The notes under the pieces are model-generated. The model searched no databases, was not told the DNA's origin, and was given only the letters and a program-made list of their open reading frames with translations. The translations under genes and the position numbers were made by a program. DNA of 61,853 bases, counting the filler, from Hausera hauseri (taxonomy: Eukaryota): NCBI GenBank assembly GCA_046269625.1. It is 11 parts of 11 records of this genome, joined end to end, with 100 filler letters (N's around TTAATTAATTAA, not from the genome) between each part and the next. Parts side by side here need not be neighbours in the genome. Positions count along the whole stretch, not along the records: positions 35,883 to 40,060 come from JBJURY010718213.1; positions 40,161 to 45,945 come from JBJURY010189972.1; positions 46,046 to 52,229 come from JBJURY010128095.1; 8 more parts are not named here. One strand, written 5' to 3'. The first letter of the stretch is position 1; each line of letters starts with the position of its first letter. Of this stretch, positions 35,883-47,881 are shown piece after piece.

Positions 35883-38800
35883 ACAATAATATCCATATTC
35901 GAGACTTTTATTCTTTGTTATCCACTGCCGTTTGTCCTCAAATGGATCCAGTGCTTTCGTTTTGCTACTGATTGTCATTAGTTGATGGTTTTTGGCCCAA
36001 ATTCGTTTTTGTTCCACCATGGTGCTGCAACCCATTTCACATGCTTGTAAGTAGTTAGCGAACTGCAAATCGGTTTGTTTCAGATTGATGCCGTTGCATT
36101 TGCGTACTGGTTTCGTTTTAGTTTTGAGGGCATACGATTTCGGTCGTAGGAAAATTGTCTCTTGATATTCAACACTACCCTTACTTTCGCCTTTAAATTT
36201 GCCAATAACAGAAGCGAAACGAGTCGAGTACAGCGGATCACTCTTGTCATAGTTTGAAGTGTCCAACTGTTCATTAGCTATCATTCCAGGTAAGAGCTGT
36301 GTTTGCAAATCAACTCCACGACAACAATATTAAGGTCACAATTAAACTGTTGCTTATATGACTCCAACTCGATATAATTCAGTTCATACATTCTCAACTT
36401 AGAAAGATCAAGTACGGCCTAACCAATGTATGGGGGTCTATCTAATGTCACAATGTCTTTATCGAGAATAACAGCAACCAGGTCATCAGCTATTATAATG
36501 CTCTCTTTAAACTTGTGCCTTACTAGCATATATACCTAACTTTTTAGCATTATTACACAGTCTCAAATTTGACCTTTTCAACAGGTTTTCAACTGTTCTC
36601 CCATACAAACTGTTGTTCTTCAACTTGAAGAAATCCTTCTCAAAAGGATTATTTGCTGCAGCCCTCTTTGCTGTATTAAAGTCAATGTAATCCTAAAATA
36701 CATAACCCTGGTCAAACTAAACAGCCCGATGCACCTTCTCAACTACAGCGCCTAATTCGATGTACAACTGTAAGAGCCAATAGTGAACAACGTAGTTGGA
36801 CTTACTCTCGTGTCAGCAACAATTTCTTTACTTTAGAACCAGGAAGTCATTGGTTGATTGGAGAAAAAGGCAGTTGATCCAACTTATCATGTTTATCAGC
36901 CGGAATTCTTAAGTACTCTTCAAAAACTAAGCCTCGTTTTTCCTTAACACAGTCAATGTAAGGTAATTGTTGAATCAGACTGGTCAAGACGTCCTCATCG
37001 TAAATCCAAGTCAGATTCGCAAATGGCAGAGGTTATGATAAAGCCCAGCCTTACAAATTATTTACATCTATATATAAGAGATTGGTGCTTTCATCAGAGA
37101 CAATCCTATGCTTATTTACAAAAGTCATGCAACCGCGAATACCCGACTGAAAGAATTGATACATTTCAGGATCTTGAATGAGTGCAATCTTACATGGACT
37201 TGATTTCAGTGCTGTTGCCCAACTTAAACCTGGAATTGAAACAAAGTTAACGGCTTCTAAACCATTTTGAAACTTAACCTCCTTTCTAAACTGCTCAAAG
37301 ACATCTCCTAACAAGTATACATCGAGTTTCATGTACACCAACATATAATATAATAGACAGTTGCAAGTATATTTTGACCAAACCAGTTGTTCTTCCTTAT
37401 AATCGGTATCAGTCACACCATCCCATTTCGGTGGCAAGTCCTTAATAGACTGCAAGTCATTGAAAGATTTTGCAGTAGTATATGGAAAAATTTCTTTTCC
37501 CTTAATTATGCCAGAAGGAAAAGCCGTTTCAGTCAATGGGTAGTTATCTAAGTTGGACGCCAAAGTCTTAAGTGAAGCCGGCAGAAATTGCAAGGAGTCT
37601 AGAAATCTATAGAAACAGACTTTTTGCATAAACATTGTATATTTGCCCGCATCGTTAAAAATTTCTCTGTCGTCTGTGGAATCACACTCAAGTCCCAACT
37701 GTTGAATTTACTTACTGCATGTTTCAAGATACGATGGAAATCATATCCACGCAAATTATGGAAAATTACAGGCAAATTATATCTAATGTTACGAGCCAAG
37801 TTACATTTATTGCAAGCAAGGCCTAAGAATTTACCTGTAATATGGCAATGGTCTCTAACAAATTGAGAATTGGTTTCGTGACAGAAGTAACAGGTTGTTG
37901 CATTTGTAAACCTAACCATTCAGCAGAAGTTAACGGGATCGTTGGTTTTTTGGCATTCTGGTAGAAAGAAAAAACTAAGGGTTTCATTATGTTTTCCAGC
38001 AAGCTAAAAATTCGACTATACAATTTCACCAACAAATTGCTTATATTCAATATCTGTTGATGAAACTATCAAAAGACCGACTGCAGCAGGCAAATGAATG
38101 TGTTTAAACTTATCGTCAGGGCAAAGAACAGATTCAAAGTCAGCATATGCATCAAAAGGAGGATTTATACATTTTGACCAGTCCTTAAACTCAGAACTTA
38201 TTTTCGGACATTTTGTATAAAGTTATGCACTTGGCTGAAGAATTGCACATTGGCAAATGCTTAGTGTAAGCTGTATCAAGTCTAAATCTATGTAAGCATT
38301 TCTCACACCAATGTTTACATTGAATACGGATTTCTTACTGTTCATATTCAACAAGCGCTTTAGAATGGGTACAGCAACATAGTGAAAGTGATTCTCATTC
38401 TCCAAAATCAGCAACTTCACTACAGAACCATTCGGATTTTTGCTGCGATATAAAATATCAACGAATGGATTTTTCATTATGTCCTCATCAAAATCCACAT
38501 CATCCTCATCATGATACAAAAAGACATTAATTGAAAGCTGTGGATTCTGTCTCTCAAATTTGCTTATATATATCATCCAATGAATATTTCAGTTCATTTA
38601 AGTAAGGAGCATAATTACAGACTTGATACCTATGACTGTCAATAGAAGAAAACTTGGTTACAGCAAGTATGGAGGACAGAAAACACAAATTGTCATCGTT
38701 CCGAACATTAATAACGGTCTTTGCAAAATTTAAAGCGTCGGATGTTGGAATGTAGGACTTACCATACAAGTATGGTAGCGAGCTTGTTTTTACTATATGG

Positions 38801-39540
38801 AAGCAGTATTTCGAAATCTTAACTATCATCCATCCACTGCCCATTTCCGCAAAATTTTCAACCTGTTTACTTAAACTATCAGCAACAGACTGTGGGTAAG
38901 ATTGCTCATCAGGGACAGCGCTATCACCTCCTTTCTATCACCTTAAGAATTCTCAAAAAAAATCTCAAGACCATACTGAACCTTAAAAGATAGAAAACGA
39001 GAAGTGTACATATGCAAAGTAGTTAGAATCTCTTCAGGCGGTCGAGTAGAAATAAGATGGTCGGGCGCAACATCAAAACACAAACTCAAATAATTATTAT
39101 CAAGGACAGATTATACATTAAGTCTCGTATTTCTTACTGATTAATGTCTTAGTTTTTTCATGGGAATGGATTGTTTAGTCTGGTTGATTACACGTTTGAT
39201 TGTCCGTTTGACTGGTTGATGCGTTGTTTGGGTTGATATTGTTGGTATTTGTTGGTCTGTTGTTGGAATTTGTTGGGATGGCAATTGTTGGTCCAGTACA
39301 AATTGTTTGGCCATGTTTGTTATCTCCTTGTATTCTCGTACGATAGTTTTTTAGGTTTTGTAAAGTATGTGAGATGATGTTGATGTTGCTGTCGAAACGC
39401 TGGAAATGTTAGGCAGGAAATGACCTCACAGGTTGGACAAATATAAAATTCACGTCCGTCTATTTTTGCACCATAGTATTTCGACATTGTTTCTTCACAT
39501 GTCTCAGGTGAATGTATCTCACCAGTGCAGTAATTGAAAT
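35883..39540 (-). pseudogene. Protein-primed family-B DNA polymerase, copy 3 (divergent subfamily)
   Basis: MGSGW, INVRNDDNLCFL, YADFES, CYFC..VRDHCHITGKFLGLACNKCN, FHNLRGYD, FLDSLQFL, KLDVYLLGDVFE, YIDVNNL, KLKNNSLYG, GKFKGE, LRPKSYA; motif C appears deleted near 36325. Confidence 0.93.
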
Positions 39541-39776
39541 TACAGTTCTACATAATAATAAATAAGAAGTACTGAAAATTAATCATACCATTTTGAAATT
39601 GAAGTTTGAAAGTCATTTAAAATGAGTATCAATACTTTATTTATACGAATTTTCATCCAATGAAGTTGCAGCCAATCAAATTGTACCCAATCAATATACG
39701 CACACATAAAGGAATGAAACTAATTTCATAAGACATTAATCAGAAACATTTATTTATTAAGATCAAATTATATTTC

Positions 39777-40060
39777 TAAAAGTTTTCCTCAGTGTCGGAA
39801 TCTAACCAATTGTTATCACCAACTTTACAGAGGTTAGTAATGAAGGTGATTGTTAGTGGTCTACAGACAGTATTATAAATGACCACTTTGTCATTTTGCA
39901 TTTTGCAATTAGGACATTGAGTCTTTCCAAATTGATAAAGCAATTGATACAATGCAGATTGTTAGGATTGTAACAGCCACATACCTGTACATAATATCCT
40001 GCCGAATTTTGATAACAAATATGGCATTCATCATCTTTCAGTTTCTTCAATTTTTAAATT
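39777..40060 (-). pseudogene. Small RING-finger protein upstream of pPolB copy 3
   Basis: CHIC-x11-CGC-x6-HC-x2-C, then after a 1-nt frameshift GKTQCPNC, completing the RING ligand pairs; 5' end cut by the contig edge. Confidence 0.65.
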
Positions 40061-40160
40061 NNNNNNNNNNNNNNNNNNNNNNNNNNNNNNNNNNNNNNNN
40101 NNNNTTAATTAATTAANNNNNNNNNNNNNNNNNNNNNNNNNNNNNNNNNNNNNNNNNNNN

Positions 40161-40659
40161 TTCGTATATTGGTGTTTGCGCTTCGATTCTCTCGAGAACT
40201 TGTATTTAGCCTTTCTTAGCAATGACAGGATATTTGTTGCCTTTGAGGAAAGCTTTCAATTTGACCAATCGCATTTTATTCGTGGTAATACAACGGCCAA
40301 CAAACTTGTGAGGTACCGGTTGTAATAATGGCATATCTGATAATGATGAGGGGAAAATTTTGACATTGATTGATTGTTGTTGTTTTTGTGACTGTTGTAT
40401 TCATTCCTGTTCGATGATTTGTTTGAATCTTGTAACGAAAATTTTTTTGGGAATATTCACATCGGACGCGATCTGGGCACTGCTCATATTCACTAATTGC
40501 TGTCTGGTCTGTTCTCTGATTTGTTTCTCCTGAACTTAATTTTGAATCTTTTTCGAGGTGGAAAATCGGGCTCGACTATGAGTCCGACTGGGCAGCAACG
40601 GACGCCCGGCCGTGTCGAACCAAATGGGCCAGAGGGTGCCGGCCGCTGTGGGCACCACA
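40161..40659 (-). mobile_element. LTR (5' part) of the CsRn1-like family inserted into Env copy C
   Basis: Begins TGTGGTGCCC on the minus strand; first ~110 nt match 43930 and 51721; Env homology stops at 40660. Confidence 0.82.
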
Positions 40660-41630
40660 CTTGTCGAAATATTGCGTTAGTTTTATATCGTTTTTATCTC
40701 TCTTTATCTTTGCTCCAGGTATCTCCTTCGGTGATAGAAAGATACCCGTATAATTAGTTCTAGATATTTCTTGGTTACATCTACTTATCGTTCCCGTGAT
40801 TTTAAATCGCATCAATTCTTCTGGATTCTCCGAATGCAGGATTGCGACCACTTCTGTCATCTTAATTTCTTTCGTTCCTTTTTTATACGTTGCTGTTTCC
40901 TTCTCAGCCGTTTTACCCACTGTCTTATTAAATTTTCCTTTCAACAACGTCAAAAGACACCGATTTGTCGATGCTTCCCATGTCATTTTTCATTCTCCAG
41001 TATCGCATTCACCGTTATTGTATTCGCATTCATTTCTTGTTGTCATTACCTTTGTTTGCAAATCAAACAGTGCTTCGTATTCCTTCAGTTTGACTTGATA
41101 ATCTTCGATTGCTACTGTTCTTGGAGCAATAACACCTCCAACATCGTAATTTACTCCAACACAAGTACCTTCTATGGTTTTATCAATTCTTCCTGCCCTA
41201 AAAATTTGTGTGTATTTTATTCTGTTCCGGACTGCGGATATGTGTGCATTTTGAATCGTTATTATTCCGGTCTTAAAAGCGTCTTGACATTCCGCTCGCG
41301 ATATTATTATTGGCTCAAAGGGTGTTGTTGGCTCTATAATGGCCGAATTTCCGGAATAGTAAGCACAATTGAAGAGAAAAAATGACTTCTTTACGTAGCA
41401 TTTTCTAATTTTCACTTTTATAAACTCAGATTCTTGATAAACCCAGTATATATGACCACTTGTCGTTGTTAGCTGTTCTAGATCGGCTTCCGGGCACTTC
41501 TCTCTGTCAACTAAGGAGTATTTCTGTCCTTCACCAAGTTTTGAGCAGTCGTAGGCCACAATATCCATGGTCTTTGGCATCAACAATCATGTTATTAAGA
41601 GTATCTGGAGAATTTCCATAACTGACATAC
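40660..41630 (-). pseudogene. Class III fusion glycoprotein, copy C (N-terminal half)
   Basis: VAYDCSK..KYSLVDREKC..FNCAYYSGNSAIIEPTTPFEPIIISRAECQDAFK; long identical stretches with copy A. Confidence 0.88.
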
Positions 41631-43320
41631 CCCTTATGCCTTGTCTTGGGGCATGTATATTTGGTTGAGCGGTGGTTGTTGTATCCATTGGTCTTCCATA
41701 TCCTTCTAGCCTTGTTGTACTAGTCTTTAAACTTGTCTACCAACCGCCTCTGCATTGAACCCAATTTTCTAAGGTTTCCTTCAGAATTTTGACTGCTACT
41801 TTAATGTTCCGGTCATTTTTTTATAAATTTTGAGTCTAATGATTGATTACAATTACTTTGTGCAGGAGGTAGGCTACAGCTGTTTGTGCTTTTCTTGCAT
41901 AATGCCTGTCGCAAACATCTTTTCCAAGATGTTTTGTTCGTGTAATTCGTTGATTCGCTCTTCGTTAATGTTTTCGTAAAACTGTATGCTAATTCTTAAC
42001 ATGCTATTTACGCGGTGTTTGAAATAAATCGACCGGAATCGCTACCTTCATATCAAAAGACGCGAATGAGATATGCAACTTTGCTAACAAAGTTCTTAAT
42101 AAGGACTTTACATCTATTGATTCTGGCGTAGCTTCCGTTCCTGCAATAATAAACTTCTTACTATTTCGTCATTTCTATCTTTCTTATTGTGGATGTCGCT
42201 TATCTTTGTTCCTTTGAATCTTCCTCGTCTTTTGGCCTCTGTTTGAACTGTAACATCTTGAGTATCGCCTATAAGGTGCTCTTCGTGCTGCTCCATCTCC
42301 ATAATTATGTTGCCTATCGTTCCTTCAACACTTACATCGGCATGTATTTCCGTTATCATAATCGGATTATATGTTTCGCCTTTACATCCGATTCTAAATA
42401 ACTTATCGTTACTATACAATGTTCTTGCGTAGAAATTTAATCCGTAGGTTTTCTTCTTATAGAAGGGTTCCAATTCTTCTATCTTTACGCGTAGGGCTTG
42501 TATATTGTCTGTTTATTTCATTCTGATAACTCTCATGTCTTGATTTCCTTCCCTTATTGTCACACGTACTGATTCGTTTCTTCCTCTTTCATCTCCAGCT
42601 GCTTTGGCTAGCACCGTATGTGCTATTTCTCTTACAGGGCTCTCATCGTGAGCAAATAATAGCAGATGGAACAGAATTTCGTTTATTTTCTCTGTCGATA
42701 CTTTGCTGTCAATTAGTTTAAGTATTGTAGTGGTTGCTCTATCTACGTTGACTATGTTTTCGAGACCAATACTCAGTATTAGTTGAATGATATCATCTTT
42801 GTCTAAATCTACATTCATGTCTTGTAGTTCTTGATCAAATACTGTTTTGTCAAATGTTTTTGTGGGTTGATTTTCATCTTGATTTGATGAAAGGGTACTA
42901 AGGCTACTTTTGGGCGTGCTGAGATTACTTTCCTTTCGTCCCCTTTTCTTCTTTCCCTTTTCTATCTCTCTTCTTTCCGTTGATTTCTCTCTTAATTCGA
43001 CATCGATTATCTTCTTATTACTTTTCTTTTTTCCTTGACGAGATACTTTTTCTTTTGTTTTGTCCTCTACCATATAAATATCATTTTCCCGTAGTCGTCT
43101 TTGCTGTGTTTTGTAATCCTTTAATTCCACTGCTAATTGAGTTTTCATACGTTGGGAGACTATGTGGTTAACATAATTTACACTTTCTTTCTCCTTCGTT
43201 TCGTGTTCACTGACACTATCCTCCGTTTCGTATTCTTTATCATATGATTCATCTGACGTGGCTGATGTATAATCCTTCTTTTCCTGTTTATTCCTATAAG
43301 CTTTTGAAGGTTCCCTTCTG
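41630..43320 (-). pseudogene. Post-Gag spacer, ubiquitin-like domain (about 42348-42572) and AT-hook-like motif
   Basis: ORFs 43347-43799, 42513-43148 and 42114-42473 share one frame and are separated only by point stops; VRVTIREG..YGLNFYARTL; KRRGRFKG. Confidence 0.7.
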
Positions 43321-45290
43321 TGGTATCTGCATGTTTTTGCTATATGCTAATATTTGTTACAATTAAAACATTTCAATCTCCTTTCGGAGTCTATATTGGG
43401 CAATGCTCTTCCATCTTTAATTGCGGGTTTCTTTTTATACTTTGACTTATCCCCATCGTTCTTTAACTTAAATGTCACTTTCTTCTCTATGTGTGATTCA
43501 GATTCTGTAGCTGACGTTTGTGATGGAGTTCGGTTTCTAACATATCGACCGTATCGTTTTATCTCATTATTTTGTCGTCTGTCCGTATTATTACTGTCAC
43601 TTCTAGACTTGTTCCACCGATATAATTCGGCATCTAGTTCGGCTTTACGTGCTTTTCTTATGGCCTCTTGAAACGTAGGTGAGTCGGCCTTCAGGATTAT
43701 CGTCCTTAACTTTCCTTCTAGTCCATATTGAAATTCGGCCAATAATGCATTGTTTCTTATGGTAACGTTAGGGTATGCTCTGGCTGCAAACTTTTTCAAT
43801 GCGCAGACAAAATCTTGGACTGTTTCGTCTTTACGTTGACTTCTTATTAATTCTTATATTCTCCCCTTTCCAGAGAGATCTATTAAAAACTTTTAAGCCA
43901 ATTTTTCTCTAATTCCTTTCCAATCCTTCTGTGGTGTCCACAGCAGCCGGCGCCCTCTGGCCCATTTGTTTGGGCACGGACGGGTGTCCGCCGCCGCCGC
44001 GTCAGGCCATAGGCGGGCCCCGATCTCTCGCCTTAGAGATAAAATCACTTACCTAATATTTATGTCATTCTGATTTTTCTGCCTTGAACCTTATAATTAT
44101 TTCTCACCAATCACTGGATACACTTTGGACTTTAACCACAACAAATCAAATCAAGAAGAGTAAGTTGAGTTACATTTAATTTTCGAAGAAAATTGTAACA
44201 AAACAAAATTATGTTCCACTATGTGCTGCACTAATGAATGTTTCCAAAGTGTCATTCGTTCCAACCCCACAAACGATTTTTGTTATAATGGTCAAAGAAG
44301 ACAATTGAAAATATTTGGAAAAGTTTAGTCGATGTTACTGAGAATATTCGACAAAATAACAATGAAGAAGAATTAATCAATTTGGAAAAAGAATTACCGC
44401 TGTCTGCAGAGTCAAATTGGTTGTTTGACTGCAATTGTAAGAATTCCGATTTCGTTACGTCATTCAATGAATTGAAATCCTCCAATCCGTTAATCAGAAA
44501 TATCATCAAGGACATTTATCAGAATGGAAAATCCAAACAAATTCTTCACAATTTACTCTATTGGAATGATAAAATGGCGAATAGCTGTGATAATTTCGGA
44601 TCTATGCTTCAAAGAAGTCCCGTTTCAAATCGCCCATTATCAACTTCTCGGCATCAACACTCGTTGATTATTGCGTCATGATTATATAAGAGCAATTTAC
44701 GCGATAGTGAAAGTTCAACAGATTCATTGAATAGTTCAACTGGCAATATGAATCAAAATGACAAAAAAGTTGTTTTAATCTTGTAAATAAATGAATTAGT
44801 GGCCATTTCGAATATTTTGTTGTCAACATCGCCATTGTGGAAATTGTCGTGCAGTTGTTGTTCTGGATTTATTGACTAGTTTTGTTGATTTACTATTTAC
44901 TGTTTACTATTTGCTGTTCCAATTTGCTCCTGCAGTTTTTCGTATTGTTATTATTTAATCGTTGGATTTTTTAAGTTCACAAGTGGTGTCAGAATTCTTT
45001 TTGGAATTAATATTGCTTTGTATCGACGGATATTTAGCTTCAATGAAAACCCTCACCTTCTTATTGTCATCTGGCATTTGGAAGTATATCGTTAGAGCTG
45101 TCCCTTTTAGATGGAGAGGTAATCTCTGCACTCTACTTATCGTTTCATCCAAAACTTTTGGAATATACTTAATATTCCATTATGAAATCGTGTACATCTT
45201 TTTCTGAAAACTTTTTCACGGGAAGCGTGTAGTCAGCCTTTCACTGGATATATTGTTCCATCATGTTTGCATTGTGATTCGCCGTCATTT
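43321..45290 (-). pseudogene. gag: Gag (capsid plus CCHC knuckle) of the Env-bearing element, split by a solo LTR
   Basis: RLPLHLKGTAL..Y (45060-45140) joins KDWKGIREKL..QRKDETVQDF..AARAYP..EFQYGL..TFQEAIRKA; CFNCNKY*HIAKTC at 43329-43370. Confidence 0.85.
43930..45055 (+). mobile_element. Solo LTR (1126 bp) with 5-bp target-site duplication CCTTC
   Basis: TG...CA ends; CCTTC at 43925-43929 and 45056-45060; removing it restores gag in frame (MPDDNKKDWKG). Confidence 0.9.
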
Positions 45291-45440
45291 CGTTTTCTTC
45301 AAATAAATTATGTAGGTACTCTAAACCGAAATGTGGTTCGTTATCTTCTGAAACGCTATTCTCCTGATATTTAACACCACTTCACGTCGAAATCTTGCTT
45401 ATTTTCTTTCAAATAGTTTTTATAATAATTTTCTCATACG

Positions 45441-45459
45441 ATCCCGGGTCACGGCACCA
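45441..45459 (-). promoter_or_regulatory. Primer-binding site complementary to tRNA-His
   Basis: TGGTGCCGTGACCCGGGAT, 2 nt after an LTR-like ...GAACA end and about 150 nt upstream of gag. Confidence 0.85.
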
Positions 45460-45461
45460 GT

Positions 45462-45945
45462 TGTTCAGTCCATGCAAATTTACGTTAGGAGAGGCTTGGT
45501 TGAAACAAATTTAAATTCACATGCGAACAAAGTTTACCTTTATTAGGCCGATAAATAGATTAGGGTATGTTCCTTACCTACTTATAGACTAGTTAATGTG
45601 TTGAAAGGAGTCGTAGTATGTAACCTTTACTTTCTACTGGTTAATATCCTATCGGTTAATTAATTATTTGGGACGTCGTCAGATCGTTTACCTGTACGAC
45701 TACAATTATTTTCCACGCTTATTAAGTTAATAAAAATTACTTTATGAGAAAACTCACTCAAGGATATAATATATGATATTTCCAAAATACTACGGCAAAA
45801 AATGATAAAAGCTAAGACTACAAACAAATGTTAACACAAAACGGTACAAATGAAAGGTACTCACTTGAAGTCATCGAACATAACATTCTTTTTTTGTGTC
45901 TACTAAACAAAAGTCATGTCTTTAAATAGTCTAATTGAGAATGCT
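45462..45945 (-). repeat. 5' LTR (3' portion) of the Env-bearing element
   Basis: Ends in CA just before the PBS; AATAAA about 80 nt upstream of that end; no partner LTR in the window. Confidence 0.65.
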
Positions 45946-46949
45946 NNNNNNNNNNNNNNNNNNNNNNNNNNNNNNNNNNNNNNNNNNNNTTAATTAATTA
46001 ANNNNNNNNNNNNNNNNNNNNNNNNNNNNNNNNNNNNNNNNNNNNCTACCAAACTTACTGATTTTAAAAATCTTTATATGCTGTTTAAAGCTGATCAATA
46101 TACTTCCGCCGTTGTACTCGAAGGTCATTCGTATGATCGTAAAAGCGGTTTTGGATCTAATCTGTTTGCATAATCGTCTAGCCCATAAAGTCGCCGTTCA
46201 ATGTCATTGGAAATTCCACAGTAATAGAAACTGCATTGGGTCTGTCAACAGCAGCATCTCAATCATTTACGTCTCTAAACTCTCAAGAAACATCTCTCAC
46301 TCCACCATCAGGTCCACCTTCATCGCCATCTACAGTTGCAGTCTCTCGAAAAAAAAATATATTGATATTATAGACTCAAAAGCTCGAAAAGTTGAGATTA
46401 CTGCCACCAATTCTCTTAGTAAGTCCTTTGACATTGTATTTTCTAAAAGATGTTTTGCCCACTGACAAGTTGGAGGACGACTTTTGAGATGAAATTCGGC
46501 CATCCCGCATTTTTCTGCCCGCACCGTCGAGGCGGAAGTTCCGATTGCCACCCCTGCGCCGGTTGGTTGGACGGCGCCTTTGGCGTCGGCTCCATATCAA
46601 ACCCCAGGCGCATCACTGCTCCCACTTTCATTTTCTTTTAACAATATACATATCTATACCTTCAATACATCATACCCACACATTCTAACCATTCATACCT
46701 CTATTTCTCTTTTACTCAATTCTTCCGACTTATTTAACCCATAACGGTGCTATCATACATCTCAACGAAACTTTACCCCCTTTTTAAAATTACACTTATT
46801 TCAACATACATCTCCGTATCCGTGGTGGCATGAACCCTTCGCCAACCATTGATACCACAGTTACAGCCACCACAGAAAGGCACTACCCATTCTCTACTAC
46901 CACAAACCAAACCATCCACCTACTTTAATCGATGCAAATTCTCACAAAA

Positions 46950-47881
46950 ATCCTATTAATACTTCTCCACATTGCATTGAATATTTTATAGATAATGAAA
47001 AATCCAGCAAAACGTGGCTCCACTTCCATCAACTCTGGTTACAGTCCCACGGTATCACAGATTTGTTATCCAAAGCACATAGCCTACTTTATCTTCTACC
47101 AAACTCTATAAAGGCCACATCTTTCAACATTCTGACCCATATACCCAATTGTTCGATGTTGTATTAAAATAGACAGAACCATCAATTGACTCTATAATGT
47201 AACACTTCTGTAATGAAAATGCAATGGGGACACAAAAACAGTGATTTCCTATGCACCTCGTTGGCGCACTTGCGTACTCTCGGCGTCACTCAGGAACACA
47301 ACCCAGATCTACTGCGCTACTAATTTCTCAACGCGTTACCTATCCAAATCCGGTCCCTACTTACCGTGGTGGGAGACTCCACGCCGCTTGAAAAATTGGC
47401 CGATAGGACATATTGTGTCCTACATGTAAATTCTCCACCAGTCGTTTCAGCAGCGGTTGCCGCTAACGATAATACATTTATAGAACAACAACTTAATCAG
47501 CTACGTGCTGAAAACATTGCACTACATCCAACAATCAACAACATCAATAATAAATTGAACGAATTGCCTCTGTCCCGCCGAGGGGGGGTTGGCGCTGACA
47601 GTACCCTTTCTGCGTCTAGATACCGCTCACCGTCTCCTGCACGTTCGTCGATCTGCTATTATCACAGCAGATTTAACATTAATGCTCAGAAGTGCTGCCT
47701 AGGCTGCAAGTTTTATAATAAGAATTTTTCCTCGGACACCGTTGTTTGCATCTACCATGCAAAGTTGAAACATCAAGCACGTAAATGTCTTCCAGGCTGC
47801 ACTTTCAAATCCAATACGAACGACAAACATGCTGTCTTTCCTTCTAATAGTAGTCCTAATTCACCCTTCCGAAAAAACTAA
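46950..47881 (+). pseudogene. gag: Gag with two tandem CHCC zinc fingers
   Basis: LEKLADR; CYYHSRFNINAQKCCLGC and CIYHAKLKHQARKCLPGC; ends CGA AAA AAC TAA. Confidence 0.85.

Larger units (their letters stand above)
40660..45945 (-). mobile_element. 5' half of the Env-bearing retroelement (copy C): LTR-PBS-gag-UBL-env
   Basis: See sub-features; nucleotide-level similarity to 15112-17190. Confidence 0.88.

Noticed and set aside
29230-40060. A single virus combining pPolB and a class III glycoprotein
   Set aside because: The genes are on different contigs separated by linkers; the glycoprotein is linked to Gag, PR and RT instead.
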